Below are positions 48,905-60,760 of a stretch of DNA of 64,000 nucleotides, piece after piece. The stretch is taken from positions 7,068,001-7,132,000 of the forward strand of contig JAWMAR010000063.1 in NCBI GenBank assembly GCA_036785375.1, given 5' to 3'. This DNA is from Leucoraja ocellata. Lineage: Eukaryota. The number at the start of each line of letters is the position of its first letter. Within the stretch, counting starts at the first letter, position 1. The notes below the pieces were generated by a model that was not told the DNA's origin, made no database searches, and saw only the letters and a list, made by a program, of their open reading frames with translations. The translations under genes were made by a program, and so were the position numbers.

Positions 48905-49338
48905 AATAAAAAACCTTTGAAGATAATTCATGCTCACCTCCTTCTGAGCTCCTCCCCAGCGTTGAAACCAGTTTCAGATCATTTTATAGGAAGGAACTGT
49001 AGATGCTGGTTTAAACCAAAGATAGACACAAAAAGCTGGAGTAAGTCAGCGGGACAGGCAGCATCTCTGGGGAGAAGGAATGGGTGGCGTTTTGGGTCTG
49101 GGACCCTTCTTCGGACTCTGAAGAAGGGTCTTGACCTGAAACGTCACCCATTCTACAGTTCCTTCCTACAAAATTAGCTGAAACTGGTTTCAACGATGGT
49201 GAGGGGCTCAGAAGGAGGTGAGCATGAATTATCTTCTCGGTACTTCCTAATGAAGATAGCTGAAAATGTTCAGGGATGTGCTGAGCTGTCAACCTCGGTT
49301 TTTGGCTGAATGTTGTGGGACTTCAAAGGTTTTTTATT
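48905..49338. repeat. Extended inverted duplication centred on back-to-back PLE hammerhead cores
   Basis: gaagataattcatgctcacctccttctgagc...gttgaaaccagtttcag...taggaaggaactgtaga (48919-49003) is mirrored at 49152-49236; aataaaaaacctttgaag (48905) is mirrored at 49321-49338. Confidence 0.85.
49118..49145 (+). ncRNA. Minimal hammerhead ribozyme motif
   Basis: CUGAAGA A GGGU CUUG ACCU GAAA CGUC; core and GUC triplet intact, G-U pair closing stem II. Confidence 0.65.
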
Positions 49339-49979
49339 GCAATCTATTGTTTATCAGATTGTGTAATTCTCTCTATAAGTAACACAGTGTCTGATGTGAA
49401 CATATCTAAGTAAAACATTCTTTAACTGGGACAACGCTGGGAAATATTTAGCAGGTCAGACAGCATCATTGGAGAGAGAGCAGAGTTGGTGTATTGTGAT
49501 GATGACTTTCATTGGAAACATATATAAATGTCATATATATGACCTGGCAATATATGAATGACCTGGCATCCAGAATAATTATGATGATGAACATATTGCT
49601 GTTTGTGGAATCTTACATTAGATTGATACCTGGCAATTTTAGCCTATGCAATAATTTGCTGCCCTACCATATACTCATGTTTAATAGTTTGGTCTTTTCT
49701 GGAAATATGATGAAGGGTTATATTGTATTCACTGTAATGAGTTTGCTACTTAAGTTAAAGTCTCCCTTTGCAAGGGTGTCAAAGTTCCTCCTCATTAAAA
49801 GGGAACAATATGGTATATAGGTAGAAAAAAGGAGATTATTAGGTGGGGATGGAGTGTGGGTGGGTTGTTAACATCAGCAGTGCGCTGCAGTCCTTTGGAC
49901 AGCCATGTTAGAACAAGTGCTGAGGAAGGCGTTTAGGTATTGCTGGGAGACGTTTGGGGTAGGATGATACAATTGTTTT

Positions 49980-50445
49980 GATTGAAAGATACAGCATGGA
50001 AACAGGCCCTTCAGCCCATTGAATGAAGGCCAACCATCAATCACTCGTTCACTCTCATTCTATGTAATTCGACTTTCGCATTCACACCCCACACAACTAG
50101 GGGCAATTTACAGAGGGCAATTAACACACTTCAAGAGTTCAGAGTCTTTCCTTTGAACATCACAAGAGGACACTATCAAGGTGTCCTATTTTAGGCAAAC
50201 ATAAACATTACAATTCGTCAGTATAAAAATTCTCATCTATCACTGATGCTCACAATTTCACATTTCAATTACAGAGGGCAATTAACCGCACTTCTTTGGT
50301 GGAAACCAGAGCACCAGGAGGAAACTCACGTGTTCACAGGGAGAAAGTGGAAACTGCACAAAGACAGCACCCGAGTTCAGGGTCAAATCCGCGTCTTTGG
50401 TTGTTTAAGGTGGCAGGTCTTCTAGCTGCACCACTGTACTGCCCT
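49980..50445 (-). mobile_element. HE1-type SINE with an internal ~130-bp insertion
   Basis: gatacagcatggaaacaggcccttcagccc...ggaaaccagagcaccaggaggaaactcacg...ccactgtactgccc; insertion 50133-50265. Confidence 0.8.
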
Positions 50446-50594
50446 TTATGTTATTACAAAACTAAATTCTTGATAAAAAGAGAAAAATCTCCCTCTGAAA
50501 TAGTTACGTTATCATGGTTAACTGATTACATGCATTAACTCAAGAAGAATGAGGGAAAACATTGCAGCACAACTGAAGGAAAAATTTTGTGACC

Positions 50595-50783
50595 AAGATA
50601 GACCCAAAATACTGGAATAACTTAGCAGGTCAGACAGCATCTCTGGAGAAAAGGAATATGTGGCCCTGATCTGAAGAAGGGTTCCAACCCGAAACGTCAC
50701 CTATTCCTTTTCTCCAGATATGCTGCCTAAACAGCATTTTGTGTCTCTCTTCAGCATAGACCAGCATCTGTATGTTCCTTCCT
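50595..50783. mobile_element. Fold-back pair of PLE-derived repeats
   Basis: cagcatctctggagaaaaggaata / tattccttttctccagatatgctg. Confidence 0.85.
50671..50698 (+). ncRNA. Minimal hammerhead ribozyme motif
   Basis: CUGAAGA A GGGU UCCA ACCC GAAA CGUC; all core nucleotides intact. Confidence 0.65.
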
Positions 50784-51796
50784 ATTAATTTTGTGAGCAC
50801 CTTGTTGTCCACTGTGTATGAACTCCAATTGCAAGAATGCCAGAAGAAAATTTATCCTGCAATGAAAAACCATTCAAATGCCCATGGTTATCCTGTGGTA
50901 GAACCAGGCGTGACACTCGTAGACCACGTGGCAAGTAGAAAGGACACCCTATTGAAGGGAATTAAATGTGTGTGGCTGGAGCCTGAAATGGTTAGGCTGA
51001 TAGTTTTCTCCAGCATTTTGTGCCTTTCTTTGATGTAAACCAGCACCTGCAGTTCCTTCCTATACATTACCTCAGTTGTTACCCAGGCTGCATATAGAAC
51101 TGTAGCAATGTTGGGCTTAGACTAGGCCAGAGTAACAAAAGAAATATTATGACGCCCACTGGAATGAGAAATGCCCACAGCTTCCTTACCTCACACAGGT
51201 TTCAGAGACAGAAAGAAGGTCCAAAACAGGCAGCCTAACAATGTTAATGACAAACAAAATGGGGGTAATTTTTAGGCTGCCATCTAATGCCTGTTGTCTG
51301 ATGATGGGTATAAACATTCACTGCTCACTCTTGTGCTTTTCTGACATGATGCTATAATCACTGCCTGCTATTCATCGTAAACATGAATCCCATCTTGATT
51401 GTGGTCTTTCAGATTCAGTGGCAAGTAACATAGGTTTTCGGGTGGTGACCCCTCAGAGTGGCAGAATGAGCCTCCGCATGCTGGTCTCCAGTTTCCTTAA
51501 CGTTCATGTTCTGGGTTGCAGTAGAATTGTCTGAAACACAGCAGCGAGTCTGAAACAGTTCACCGTTGTTCCAGCTCCTCAATGTTGAGCAAGAGTGCCC
51601 CCTTCTGTCCCCAGTAATCAAATCTCTTTACAACACAGAGCGGGAGACATGTAAAGTCAACTTTACACAATCACAAGTGCCAAGCTTTAAACTCCATGGA
51701 TCAAAGGCTACAGAATTATACACAACTCTCACAGATTCAAGAAGCCCAGTCACTTCAGAGCAGCACATTTTGCTTTAAGTGTGATAAATACGTTAG

Positions 51797-52049
51797 GATA
51801 GACACAAAATGCTGGAGTAACTCAACGGGGCAGGCAGCATCTCCGGAGAGAAGGAATGGGTGATGTTTCAGGTGGAGCCACTTCTTCAGACTGATGTCAG
51901 GAGCTCGTCGGAGAGAGGAGGAGAACTTCTTCAAAGTAGACATACCTTGAGGAGATTTTACAGTGGGGCAGACAAAATGTGTAGGAAAGAACTGCAAATG
52001 CTGGTTTAAATTCGATTTAAACCAGCATCTGCTGGTCTTTCCTACACAT
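51797..52049 (-). mobile_element. PLE pseudo-LTR array with probable ORF start and terminal fold-back
   Basis: Repeat unit, then MSTLKKFSSSLRR on minus, then a second unit start; palindrome tgtgtaggaaagaactgcaaatgctggtttaaat/atttaaaccagcatctgctggtctttcctacaca (51978-52048). Confidence 0.75.
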
Positions 52050-54111
52050 AGAGTGTCTGCCTTCAGGTGGTACTTGAATTATCTTTTTGTTGATCTTTGC
52101 TGTGACCCACCTCTCATCCATCCAGTTCCTCTCAGTCCTGTTCCAAGCCACAGTTGTGAGCTTGTTGCACCTGCCCTTTGTGGAGTGAAAGGTGCAAAAT
52201 GAGCTGAGGATGCTGGTGAGCTGGAATTAGCCTAGACCAGCCATATTTATGTGGTAGCCCTGCAAGAGAAATAGGTGCCACACTGGCTAGAAACAAATAT
52301 TCACTTTGAAAAATATTTGAAACCATTTTACTGTTCACCTTTGAAAAGTGTATCTAAACCATCGGCCTTGAGGGCAGCACATTTAAGCAATTAAGATGCT
52401 AATTACAAAGAGAAGGAAGTGTAAACTTAAAGAGTTATATAAAATGTTTATAGTAATTGGGTTTAGACTCACAGCCATGATTTTTGTGGACATTCCCTGG
52501 AGTATTCATTTAAAGACTGCCACTCCTTTGAAAGTTGCAGAGGTGAGGGACATTCATTGATTCAAAGGAAAAAAGGCCCCTCTCCTTTAGTATGCAGGAG
52601 TTACACAGGATATTAAAGACACCCAGTACTTTATCGTGAGGGACCTTGTAGTGGGGGAGGGGAGAATATTTCCTAAGTCTTTAATTGACTTTAAATGGCT
52701 GTAATATATTTGCCAGCTATTAAAAGCATCAGGAATAGCTTTTTTTTTTAATCCCCTTAGCCACTCGTGTACATTACAAGCATCTTCTAAAACTTACTGA
52801 AATGATCTAGGGCCAGGGTATCATCCGGATAAGCTTTGCTGAAATGATGCCATTTAGGCCGCAGAAACAATTTGTGGAATAACATTCCCCAGATCAAACT
52901 AGACCATTCACTCTGCAGAACAATTCAGATCTACATCTAGTAAACATATGCAATAATTTTGCAAGTATTAATAAATGAAAAAAATAAAATGAGATCAATC
53001 AGCATGTATTATATAATGGGGTTTGTGTACTGAATGCCCCAGTGCAGTTCAGCTGGATGCTTAAAACAAATTCACATTTCATTGAAAAATAGCTCTAAAC
53101 AGATTGACTTCTGTTTTATTATCTTCCTAATCTAATACAGTCATCCAGCATATACCACGGAATTACACAACTAATTAATTAATCCTTTGCTGTCTAATCA
53201 GAATATTTTTCATACTAATGATGGTATACTTTTTGTCGATTAAAGTGATGTTGCCATCCAACAGTATTGATGTATTGTTTACAGTTTACCCAGAGTCTAG
53301 CTTACCTGGATGTAAATGAAGAATTTAAACCATTTCATGTTTGAACATTCTTGCTACAGGTAGCTCAGTTCAAACACATGGTTATTAAACATTGTAATTG
53401 CATGGTCACATACATAATTGAAGCCTCAATCAATAACGAAGTGTTCAAAAATAAGGGTTGTTAGAAATGAATCTATCTGTTAAATGCACCTTGCCTTTTA
53501 CATTTACAAATGTATCCAGCAGTTTATTTTGCACATATTTAATTGAACCAGTCACTGAATCCGGCTCACATTTAACTATAAGTGACCAAAGATTAACTTT
53601 GTTGTCAGCGGAAGTAAAGAAAAATTACAACAAAGCTTCATAATACATCATTCTAATTTGTGTTGTATCCATTTGCTCTCCTGTACTGCGTTGCATCTTT
53701 CGGCAGCCCCAGGGCAGGAAGGAACCTATTGTAAACAAGCCTTCAAAGTTAACTGGAAAATCCGCTACAAATGCCTTTAATAAATAAACCAAAGAGGACC
53801 AGCTGATCATTAACTAAATAGAAAGGTTTCAGTAAGATTGCTTGGTGTATTGCTGCTGACCTTGTGGTACTAGTGGTTGAACACAATACGCACCATAGCC
53901 ACTAAAGACTGACAGAACAAATCCATCCTCCTCCTTCCACACACCAATTGAATACAGCTCCATCTTTTTAAAATCTAATCCTGTTTTTTATCCATTATTT
54001 TTATTCTTGTATAATTTTTAAGGATATACTTTGTAATCTGCCCACTTTTGTTCTATCTCATTTGTTGCAAATTGTTCCTAATTTACACAATAGTCGTTAC
54101 ATGCTGCTTAA

Positions 54112-54640
54112 GAATAGCCTCAGAATAAGGACTTACCTTTAAATAAGAGATGAGGAGGTATTTCTTTAGTTGGAGGGTGGTGAATCTGTGGAATTCATTG
54201 CACCAAAAGTCTGTGGAGGCTTATGCCCCTGTCCCAATTAGGAAACCTGAACGGAAACCTCTGGAGACTTTGCGCCCCACCCAAGGTTTCCGTGCGGTTC
54301 CCGGAGGTTCCCGGAGGTTTTTGTCAGTCTCCCTACCTGCTTCCACTACCTGCAACCTCCGGCAACCACCTGCCACCTCCGGGAACTGCACGGAAACTTT
54401 GAGTGGGGCGCAAAGTCTCCAGAGGTATCCGTTCAGGTTTCCTAAGTGGGACAGGGGCATAAGTCAATGGATATATTTAAAGCAGAGATTGACAGGTTCT
54501 TGATTAGTACAGGTGCTGGGGTTATGTGGAGAAGGCAGGAGAATGGGGTTGAGAGGGAAAGCTAGATTAGCTATGATTGAATGGCAGAATAGACTTGATG
54601 GGTCGAATTCTACTACTATGACTTATGAACGTATGAACGT
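54112..54640 (+). mobile_element. CR1 3' end interrupted by a MITE
   Basis: MRRYFFSWRVVNLWNSL then, after the MITE, agtcaatggatatatttaaagcagagattgacagg...ggagaaggcaggagaatggggttgagaggg. Confidence 0.9.
54224..54459. mobile_element. PIF/Harbinger-like MITE (236 bp, ~90-bp TIRs)
   Basis: TGCCCCTGTCCCAATTAGGAAACCTGAACGG... / ...CCGTTCAGGTTTCCTAAGTGGGACAGGGGCA, flanked by TA; second copy at 61515-61761. Confidence 0.92.
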
Positions 54641-54769
54641 AACTTATGGGAGGAGCTACTATAAACTTTGATTTGAGGGATCTTAGACACTTATCACTAG
54701 ACTGTGTATGTGATCTTCATGAATGAGATTGCCAGTAACCAAGACAGAGAAGTTGTATTGTAAATACTA

Positions 54770-55030
54770 GAGATTGACACAAAAAGCTAGAGTAACACAG
54801 CAGGACAGGCAGCATCTCTGGAGAGAAGATTGGGTGAGATTTCAGGTTGAGATATTTCTACGGACAAAAGTTCTCTCAAAACTCATCTCCTGCTTATTGT
54901 GAGATTCTTTTCTGATACAAGGCCATTGACTTGACATATTAATTCTGTTTCTCTCTCCACAAATGCTGTCAGACCGGTTGAATGTTTCCAACAGCATTCC
55001 CTTTGCACTATTGTGAACATCGTCTTCTTG
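54770..55030. mobile_element. PLE-derived repeats (younger minus copy plus older plus copy)
   Basis: gacacaaaaagctagagtaacacagcaggacaggcagcatctctgg; tctgatacaaggccattgacttgacatattaattctgtttctctctccacaaatgctg. Confidence 0.65.
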
Positions 55031-55454
55031 GCTTTGTTGCAATAAAGCAAGAGATTTAAGGACTGACTTCTAACATATTATATATTGCTGACATCAAATA
55101 CTCTTGGTTTTATTGCAACCAGATTGAATTTAATGACTAAATGTTAACATAATATACAGTAATATTAACGCAAGTCTTTGGCTGATATGTTTACTATTGT
55201 ACAAAGTCCTTACTTCATGTCTTAGTTCCATTAGGCTTTGACCAAAGGATAATACCACTAACAATACAGTTTATCTTCAAGGTTTAAGCTGAGAAAATGA
55301 CAGGTAGGCGTAATGTTTCTTGTTTTTGTTTTCGGCAAAGGTTATAGTTCCAAATATGTTTGCAGCTAACAATCCACTCAAATTTTGATGTAGGTGATCA
55401 TTGCTCAATCCATTTTGTACCAAGGAGATCATCTGCATTAGGATGTCAGTAAGT

Positions 55455-55655
55455 CTTAGAGCTATACATCACAGAAGCAGGCCCTTTGGCCCAACTCGTC
55501 CATGCCAACTAAGATGCCATATCTAAGCTGGTACCATTAGCCTGTGTTTGGTCCATATCCTTCTAAATCTTTCCGATCCATGTATTTGAGCAAGTGTCTT
55601 TTCAATGCAGTTATAATCCCTGCCTCATCTACCTCTTCTGGCAGTTCATTCGCAG
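55455..55655 (-). mobile_element. CR1 3' end
   Basis: cacagaagcaggccctttggcccaactcgtccatgcc...ctacctcttctggcagttcattc. Confidence 0.85.
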
Positions 55656-55729
55656 ATAGATGCTAATAAGTACCTTGTACTTGTATCTTGTACCTTCCGA
55701 AGAGTCCACCAGGGACTAGACAGGAAGTT

Positions 55730-55953
55730 GGACAATTTTATACTGGACATTTTTTACATTTATCAAGCCAATTAACCTCCAAACCTGTATGTCTTTGGAA
55801 TGTGGGAGGAAACCGAAGATTGAAGAAAATGCACGCAGGTCACGGAGAGAACATACAAACTCCGTACAGACAGCGCCCGTAGTCGGGATCGAACCCGGGT
55901 CTCCGGTGCTGCATTTTGCTGTAAGGCAGCAACTCTACCACTGCGCCACCATG
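55730..55953 (-). mobile_element. HE1-type SINE
   Basis: gtctttggaatgtgggaggaaaccgaag...gggatcgaacccgggtctc...ccactgcgccacc. Confidence 0.9.
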
Positions 55954-58094
55954 ACAGTGTGAACACAAATGTTGACAGCACCTTTCTACTGATGACAAAT
56001 GGGGCAAACATATGCTAGGGAGTGGAATACAAATAGGTCATTTGTAAAAGAGAGAGGAGCAAAGAATGATAGAAAAGTCATAAGCAAAAATTGCTCAATA
56101 ATATGTTATTTATGGGGTGGGTTTCCTGAGGGAGAAAATATCTAACCATACAAGTTGAGGAAGGAAGCCTGAGGAAGAGCAAAGAGAAACCGAGTGTAAT
56201 ACACAGAGAAAGGAACGTGACAGAAATTGGAATAAAGATTACAGGATCTGAAAAACAGAACAGAAATAAATGTTTCAACTTTAGAAATGTGTGCAGATGG
56301 TAAGATACATGTAAAGGTCATTTGCAAATGCTGTGGAGTTTTAATGCCCATTTGGATCAAAAATTTGGAACATTTTGGAAAATGTCAGAATGGAGCCTCA
56401 TATTTGCCCTTCAGTAACATGGAGAGCACCAGGACAATAATGATATCAGCCTCTTGCGCAAAGTAAGATTCATAGATAATACTCTGTAAATCAACAACTG
56501 TACAAGTATTTACAACCGCAGCAAACATATTCATCTTTAGGCATCACTAATGCTGCTAGATTCCTAACAGGTCACACTTCATACTCAGGTTTATAGAAAT
56601 AATAGTCACTGGACCCACATGTGACTTCATCATTATCATGTGTCTTATATACTAAACATGTCAGGAACTTTATCTGCCCCAATAGCTGTTTTTAGACTAT
56701 TTCTGTACTTGGTATAGTTCAAAGGAAGTGTACCAAAGTCAATAATGAGCGTAGTTAATAGTCTGACCTTGCACTCAGCAAAAATATCAGAGTTCATAGA
56801 TTGTGCATCATGGGACAAGGGAAATCATTATTCTTTCTTTGCCTTCTAAATTACAGTCAAGTAAATAACTTTACGTAAAGGTTAATTTTATTTGTATAAA
56901 TTACTTATACAATTGCGTTGAAGCTATTTAACCACATTAAGATAAAGAAGATGACCATTAAGGGATTAATGCTGTCCAGTGAAAATTGTGGGTGCAACTA
57001 TGAAAACATATCTGCCATATACAAATCACAGTGGGAAGGCAGCGGGAGGAATAGGAGCTTCTCCGAGCTTGTGCAGCTCATCAAAGGATAAAGAGGAAAT
57101 TCATTAACTTCACCTGTATTATATATATATATATATACTTTAAGAGGAGAAAGGCAGAAAGACACAGCAGAATTATCGAGTTATATTGCTCAATACATGA
57201 ATATCACACCATCTCTGTGATTTTGATGAACTAATTTAACTAAACAAGTTCTGGAAGTGCTCGAAAAGGTAAGAGTCATTAAAAGTCAGGCTTCAGTATA
57301 CCCCTTACATTCAATTATTAACGATCTTAATCCAGTCACATCAGGGATCTGCATAGATCAAGTGCATTGATGTTTTGCTGAATTCTAACACTGTGGTTAT
57401 ACGTCATTGTGCTGTATTCAAGTGAAACAAGGGTATAATTTTTATTTGCCTTAATTTTAAACAGATTTTGGGTTGAATTGTATTAGTAGAACAATGACTG
57501 CCGTCGAATCCATTATATGTGATGTTTTGCTTCTCCCTGTCCTAGATGCAGTGGCATTTCAATAGGCAAGAAGTGTAAGAAGGATTTCTTACACCTATCC
57601 CCTTTGTTTGCCCTTTTCTGCAAAGTTGCATCAATAAAATTAAATGAAATTAAGTTGATAAAGTAAATAAAGGATCATCCAACCCGACAGTTGTGCCCCA
57701 AGGGGGTTCCACATCCTAATCACGTACTGTCTGAAATTTCATTCTCAATTTCAATTGCAAATGCACATGTGTGGCATGCTACAATTTCTGACTGTATGGT
57801 CGATGCAATAGATCTGCTGTGCACATACAATCTGCTGTGCTTCCCACTGCATGACACTTCATTGACTGGAGCACTTTGGAAAGTTCTTCGATCATGAAAA
57901 GTGCTAAAGAAACACAACCTATTGTTTTAGTCTATTGCGTGAAGGTATGGAACACACTGGCTATGCAGTCATGCAGTCAGTTGAACTTAAGTACAACCTG
58001 GAGTTTTGCATATAGAAGTCTGAGACACTGATTCAGAACAGTTGCCATCCTAAATTATGCCAACTCAGGCAATGAATTAGAAGGTAATGAGGAA

Positions 58095-58402
58095 GGTCAC
58101 AGCTTAAGGATAAGGGGGAAATCCTTTAAAACCGAGATGAGGAGAACTTTTTTCACACAGAGAGTGGTGAATCTCTGGAACTCTCTGCCACTCTCTGCCA
58201 CAGAGGGTAGTTGAGGCCAGTTCATTGGCTATATTTAAGAGGGAGTTAGATGTGGCCCTTGTGGCCAAGTGGATCAGAGGGTATGGAGAGAAGGCAGGTA
58301 CGGGATACTGAGTTGGATGATCAGCCATGATCATATTGAATGGCGGTGCAGGCTCGAAGGGCCGAATGGCCTACTCCCGCACCTAATTTCTATGTTTCTA
58401 TG
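58095..58402 (+). mobile_element. Young CR1 (HER1-type) 3' end
   Basis: Nearly identical to the reverse complement of 10745-11042, with a 10-bp tandem duplication ctctctgcca and a (TTTCTATG)2 tail. Confidence 0.95.
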
Positions 58403-58607
58403 TCACATGTTGTTTATAATTAGTTTAAATTAATTCTGGTGCTTCTGAGTTATGCAAGTGTATCAGAAATAATATAAATAATTTAATTTTAATATATTTT
58501 CTTGATTTTCAATGCTAAAGGCCAAGTCTCGATCTCACCACTGGACTCTGGGATATTGAGGTTGAGTGCAATTTGCCTGTCAAAACATGTGAAGACAACG
58601 GGAGAGA

Positions 58608-58730
58608 CAGAGAACTGCAGATGCAGGTTTATAGCAAAGATAGAACAAAGTGCTGGAGTAACTCAGCAGGTCAAGCAACACCTCCAGTGAAAAAGGATGT
58701 ATGACGTTATGAATTGGGACTCTTCTTCAG
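58608..58730 (-). mobile_element. PLE-derived terminal repeat, degenerate hammerhead core
   Basis: gaactgcagatgcaggttt...gctggagtaactcagcagg...gacgttatgaattgggactcttcttcag. Confidence 0.75.
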
Positions 58731-58739
58731 TGTAAAACT

Positions 58740-59048
58740 GAGTCTTTTACCCAGGGTAGGAAAATCAAGAACCAGAGAACACAAGTTAGAGGAAAAAAAT
58801 TAATAGTAACCTGAGGGGCAACTTTTTCACACAGGGAGTGGTGGGTATATGGAACAAGCTGCCCGAGGATGTAGTTGAAGTGAGTACTATAACAACATTT
58901 AAAAGATACTTGGACAGGTACGTGTATAGGAAAGATTTAGAGGGACCGGTCAAATCTAGCCAAATGTAGATGGGTAACTTGGTCGGCGTGGGCAAATTTG
59001 GCTGAAGGGCCTGTTTCTGTGCTCTGTGACTCTATTGTCTATAACTCT
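58740..59048 (+). mobile_element. CR1 3' end
   Basis: gagtcttttacccagggtagg...ctgaggggcaactttttcacacagg...gggcctgtttctgtgctctgtgactcta. Confidence 0.9.
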
Positions 59049-60284
59049 AATTCATAGTTGTTCTGTATGCTGTCATCTTTGATCCCCTTGTGAATGTCTT
59101 GCCTTATAAGCAGTGTAATTCTTATATTGCAATGTTACAATCCCACCATAACTGATGCTCTGCACTATCTATTTTTCCAAAGATACCAATGCCAATGCAG
59201 TGATTATGGGTGACTAGAACAGTGACTATTTAATGTTTCAATTCGAAGAGCAAAACATGTGGGGAGTTAGGGTAATGTTCCAATCATCATTAGGATGAGA
59301 AGCAGTATGTTGATAATTTATTTCATCTCTGATTTCTTGACCCTCTCTTGTTGATATTAGTCACTGACGTTAACTGGCTCACGTTGTAGAGTATGTGCAT
59401 TTCATTGACTGCATAGGTCAGAATTTGACAAAGCATAATGGCAAGGTGAAGCAAGGGGAATGAAGTGCTACTTTGGTATTAAAACCATAAATGCATTGAC
59501 AAGAGGCACAAGCAGTGACAGTAACCCAAATTAAGAGATTGGAAAACTTGGGAAAATTGACATCAGGGAAGTTAAATGGCTGTTGAATATCCTAGATTTT
59601 ATTTCTCTTTTTAAAGGGATTCAGCCTTAATTTCAGTCCAGAGCATAAAGCACAATACCACTTGGTCTCTTAACATCAGATTATTACCTAGACTAAATAA
59701 CTAATAGGATAAATTAAATTCCAATGGACATGGTAGGGCCAGGTAACAGCTACAGTTTGAGGGAGCTGGTGGAAGCTACTGTTATCCACAACAGATGCAT
59801 CTTCAATGACTATCTGCACCTTACGCTGCTTTGTTGAGCAGGAGTCTGAGCTTCAGCTACTACATTGGAATATAGGGACCAACTACTTTGTTTCAGAGGA
59901 TAGTCACATCATGTAGCTGCAATACTGTAGATTGGCTGAGTGAGCATGGACAGGAGGGTGTGATTGTTTGTAAAGTAATTATGATGATCAGAGGGCAGGA
60001 ATAGAAAAGCTTCAGAATTTGCACATCCAACGGGCACTTGATTCGTGCAGTCTGTATGGATAACAGAAGGGGTGAAGGAAATTGAAATGTCTTACCTATG
60101 CCGTCATATAGCCTCTCCTGTTTTACCCATTTGTACTGAATGCTTTGACCACTTTCTTGCTGCTGTGCCTTACCAGCCCTTTCCACCTTACTTCCAACTA
60201 GTAGGGCAGACCAACACAGGCAAAAAAGGGAGGGTGCAGGAGGTGTTTGACACACATGCCTTCGCTGGTCAGGGCAATGACTAC

Positions 60285-60760
60285 AAGAGCTGGACATCAT
60301 GTTACAGCTCTATAAGACATTGGCAAGAGTGTATTTGGGATATTGTGTGCAATTCTGGTCACCTAGCTGTAGAAAAAATGTTATTAACCCGGAAAGGATG
60401 CAGACATTATTCCTAAAATTCTACCAGGATTGGGGTTGACTTGAGATACAAGGAGAGATTGGATAGGCAGGGCCTTTTTCTCAGTAGCGCACAAAACTGA
60501 GGGGTGACCTTACAGAGATGTGTAAAATAATGACAGGCACACATGAGATATCCAGTCACAGTTTTTTTATCACTGGGTAGGGCAATCTAAAAGTAGGGGG
60601 CATCATTTTAAAGTAAGAGGTCAAAGGGTTAAAGTGAACCCGAGGGGCAAATTTTTCACTCAGTAGATGCTGCACATATGGAACGAGCTGCCAGACGAAC
60701 AATTATAATGTTTAAAATACATTTTCACATGTAAATGGAGGGGAAAGGTTTAGAGAGACA
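60285..60760 (+). mobile_element. Old CR1 ORF2 3' region
   Basis: catgttacagctctataagacattgg...tattgtgtgcaattctggtcacc...ctgaggggtgaccttacagag...ggaacgagctgccaga. Confidence 0.85.

Noticed and set aside
53325-53390. Pre-miRNA-like hairpin (tgtttgaac/gttcaaaca)
   Set aside because: Only 9 contiguous pairs with large bulges; no known mature miRNA recognised.
56147-56247. Possible minus-strand exon encoding a TM-like peptide (DPVIFIPISVTFLSLCITLGFSLLFLRLP)
   Set aside because: Hydrophobicity follows from the pyrimidine-rich strand; the donor GTTAGA is mediocre and no homology is recognised.
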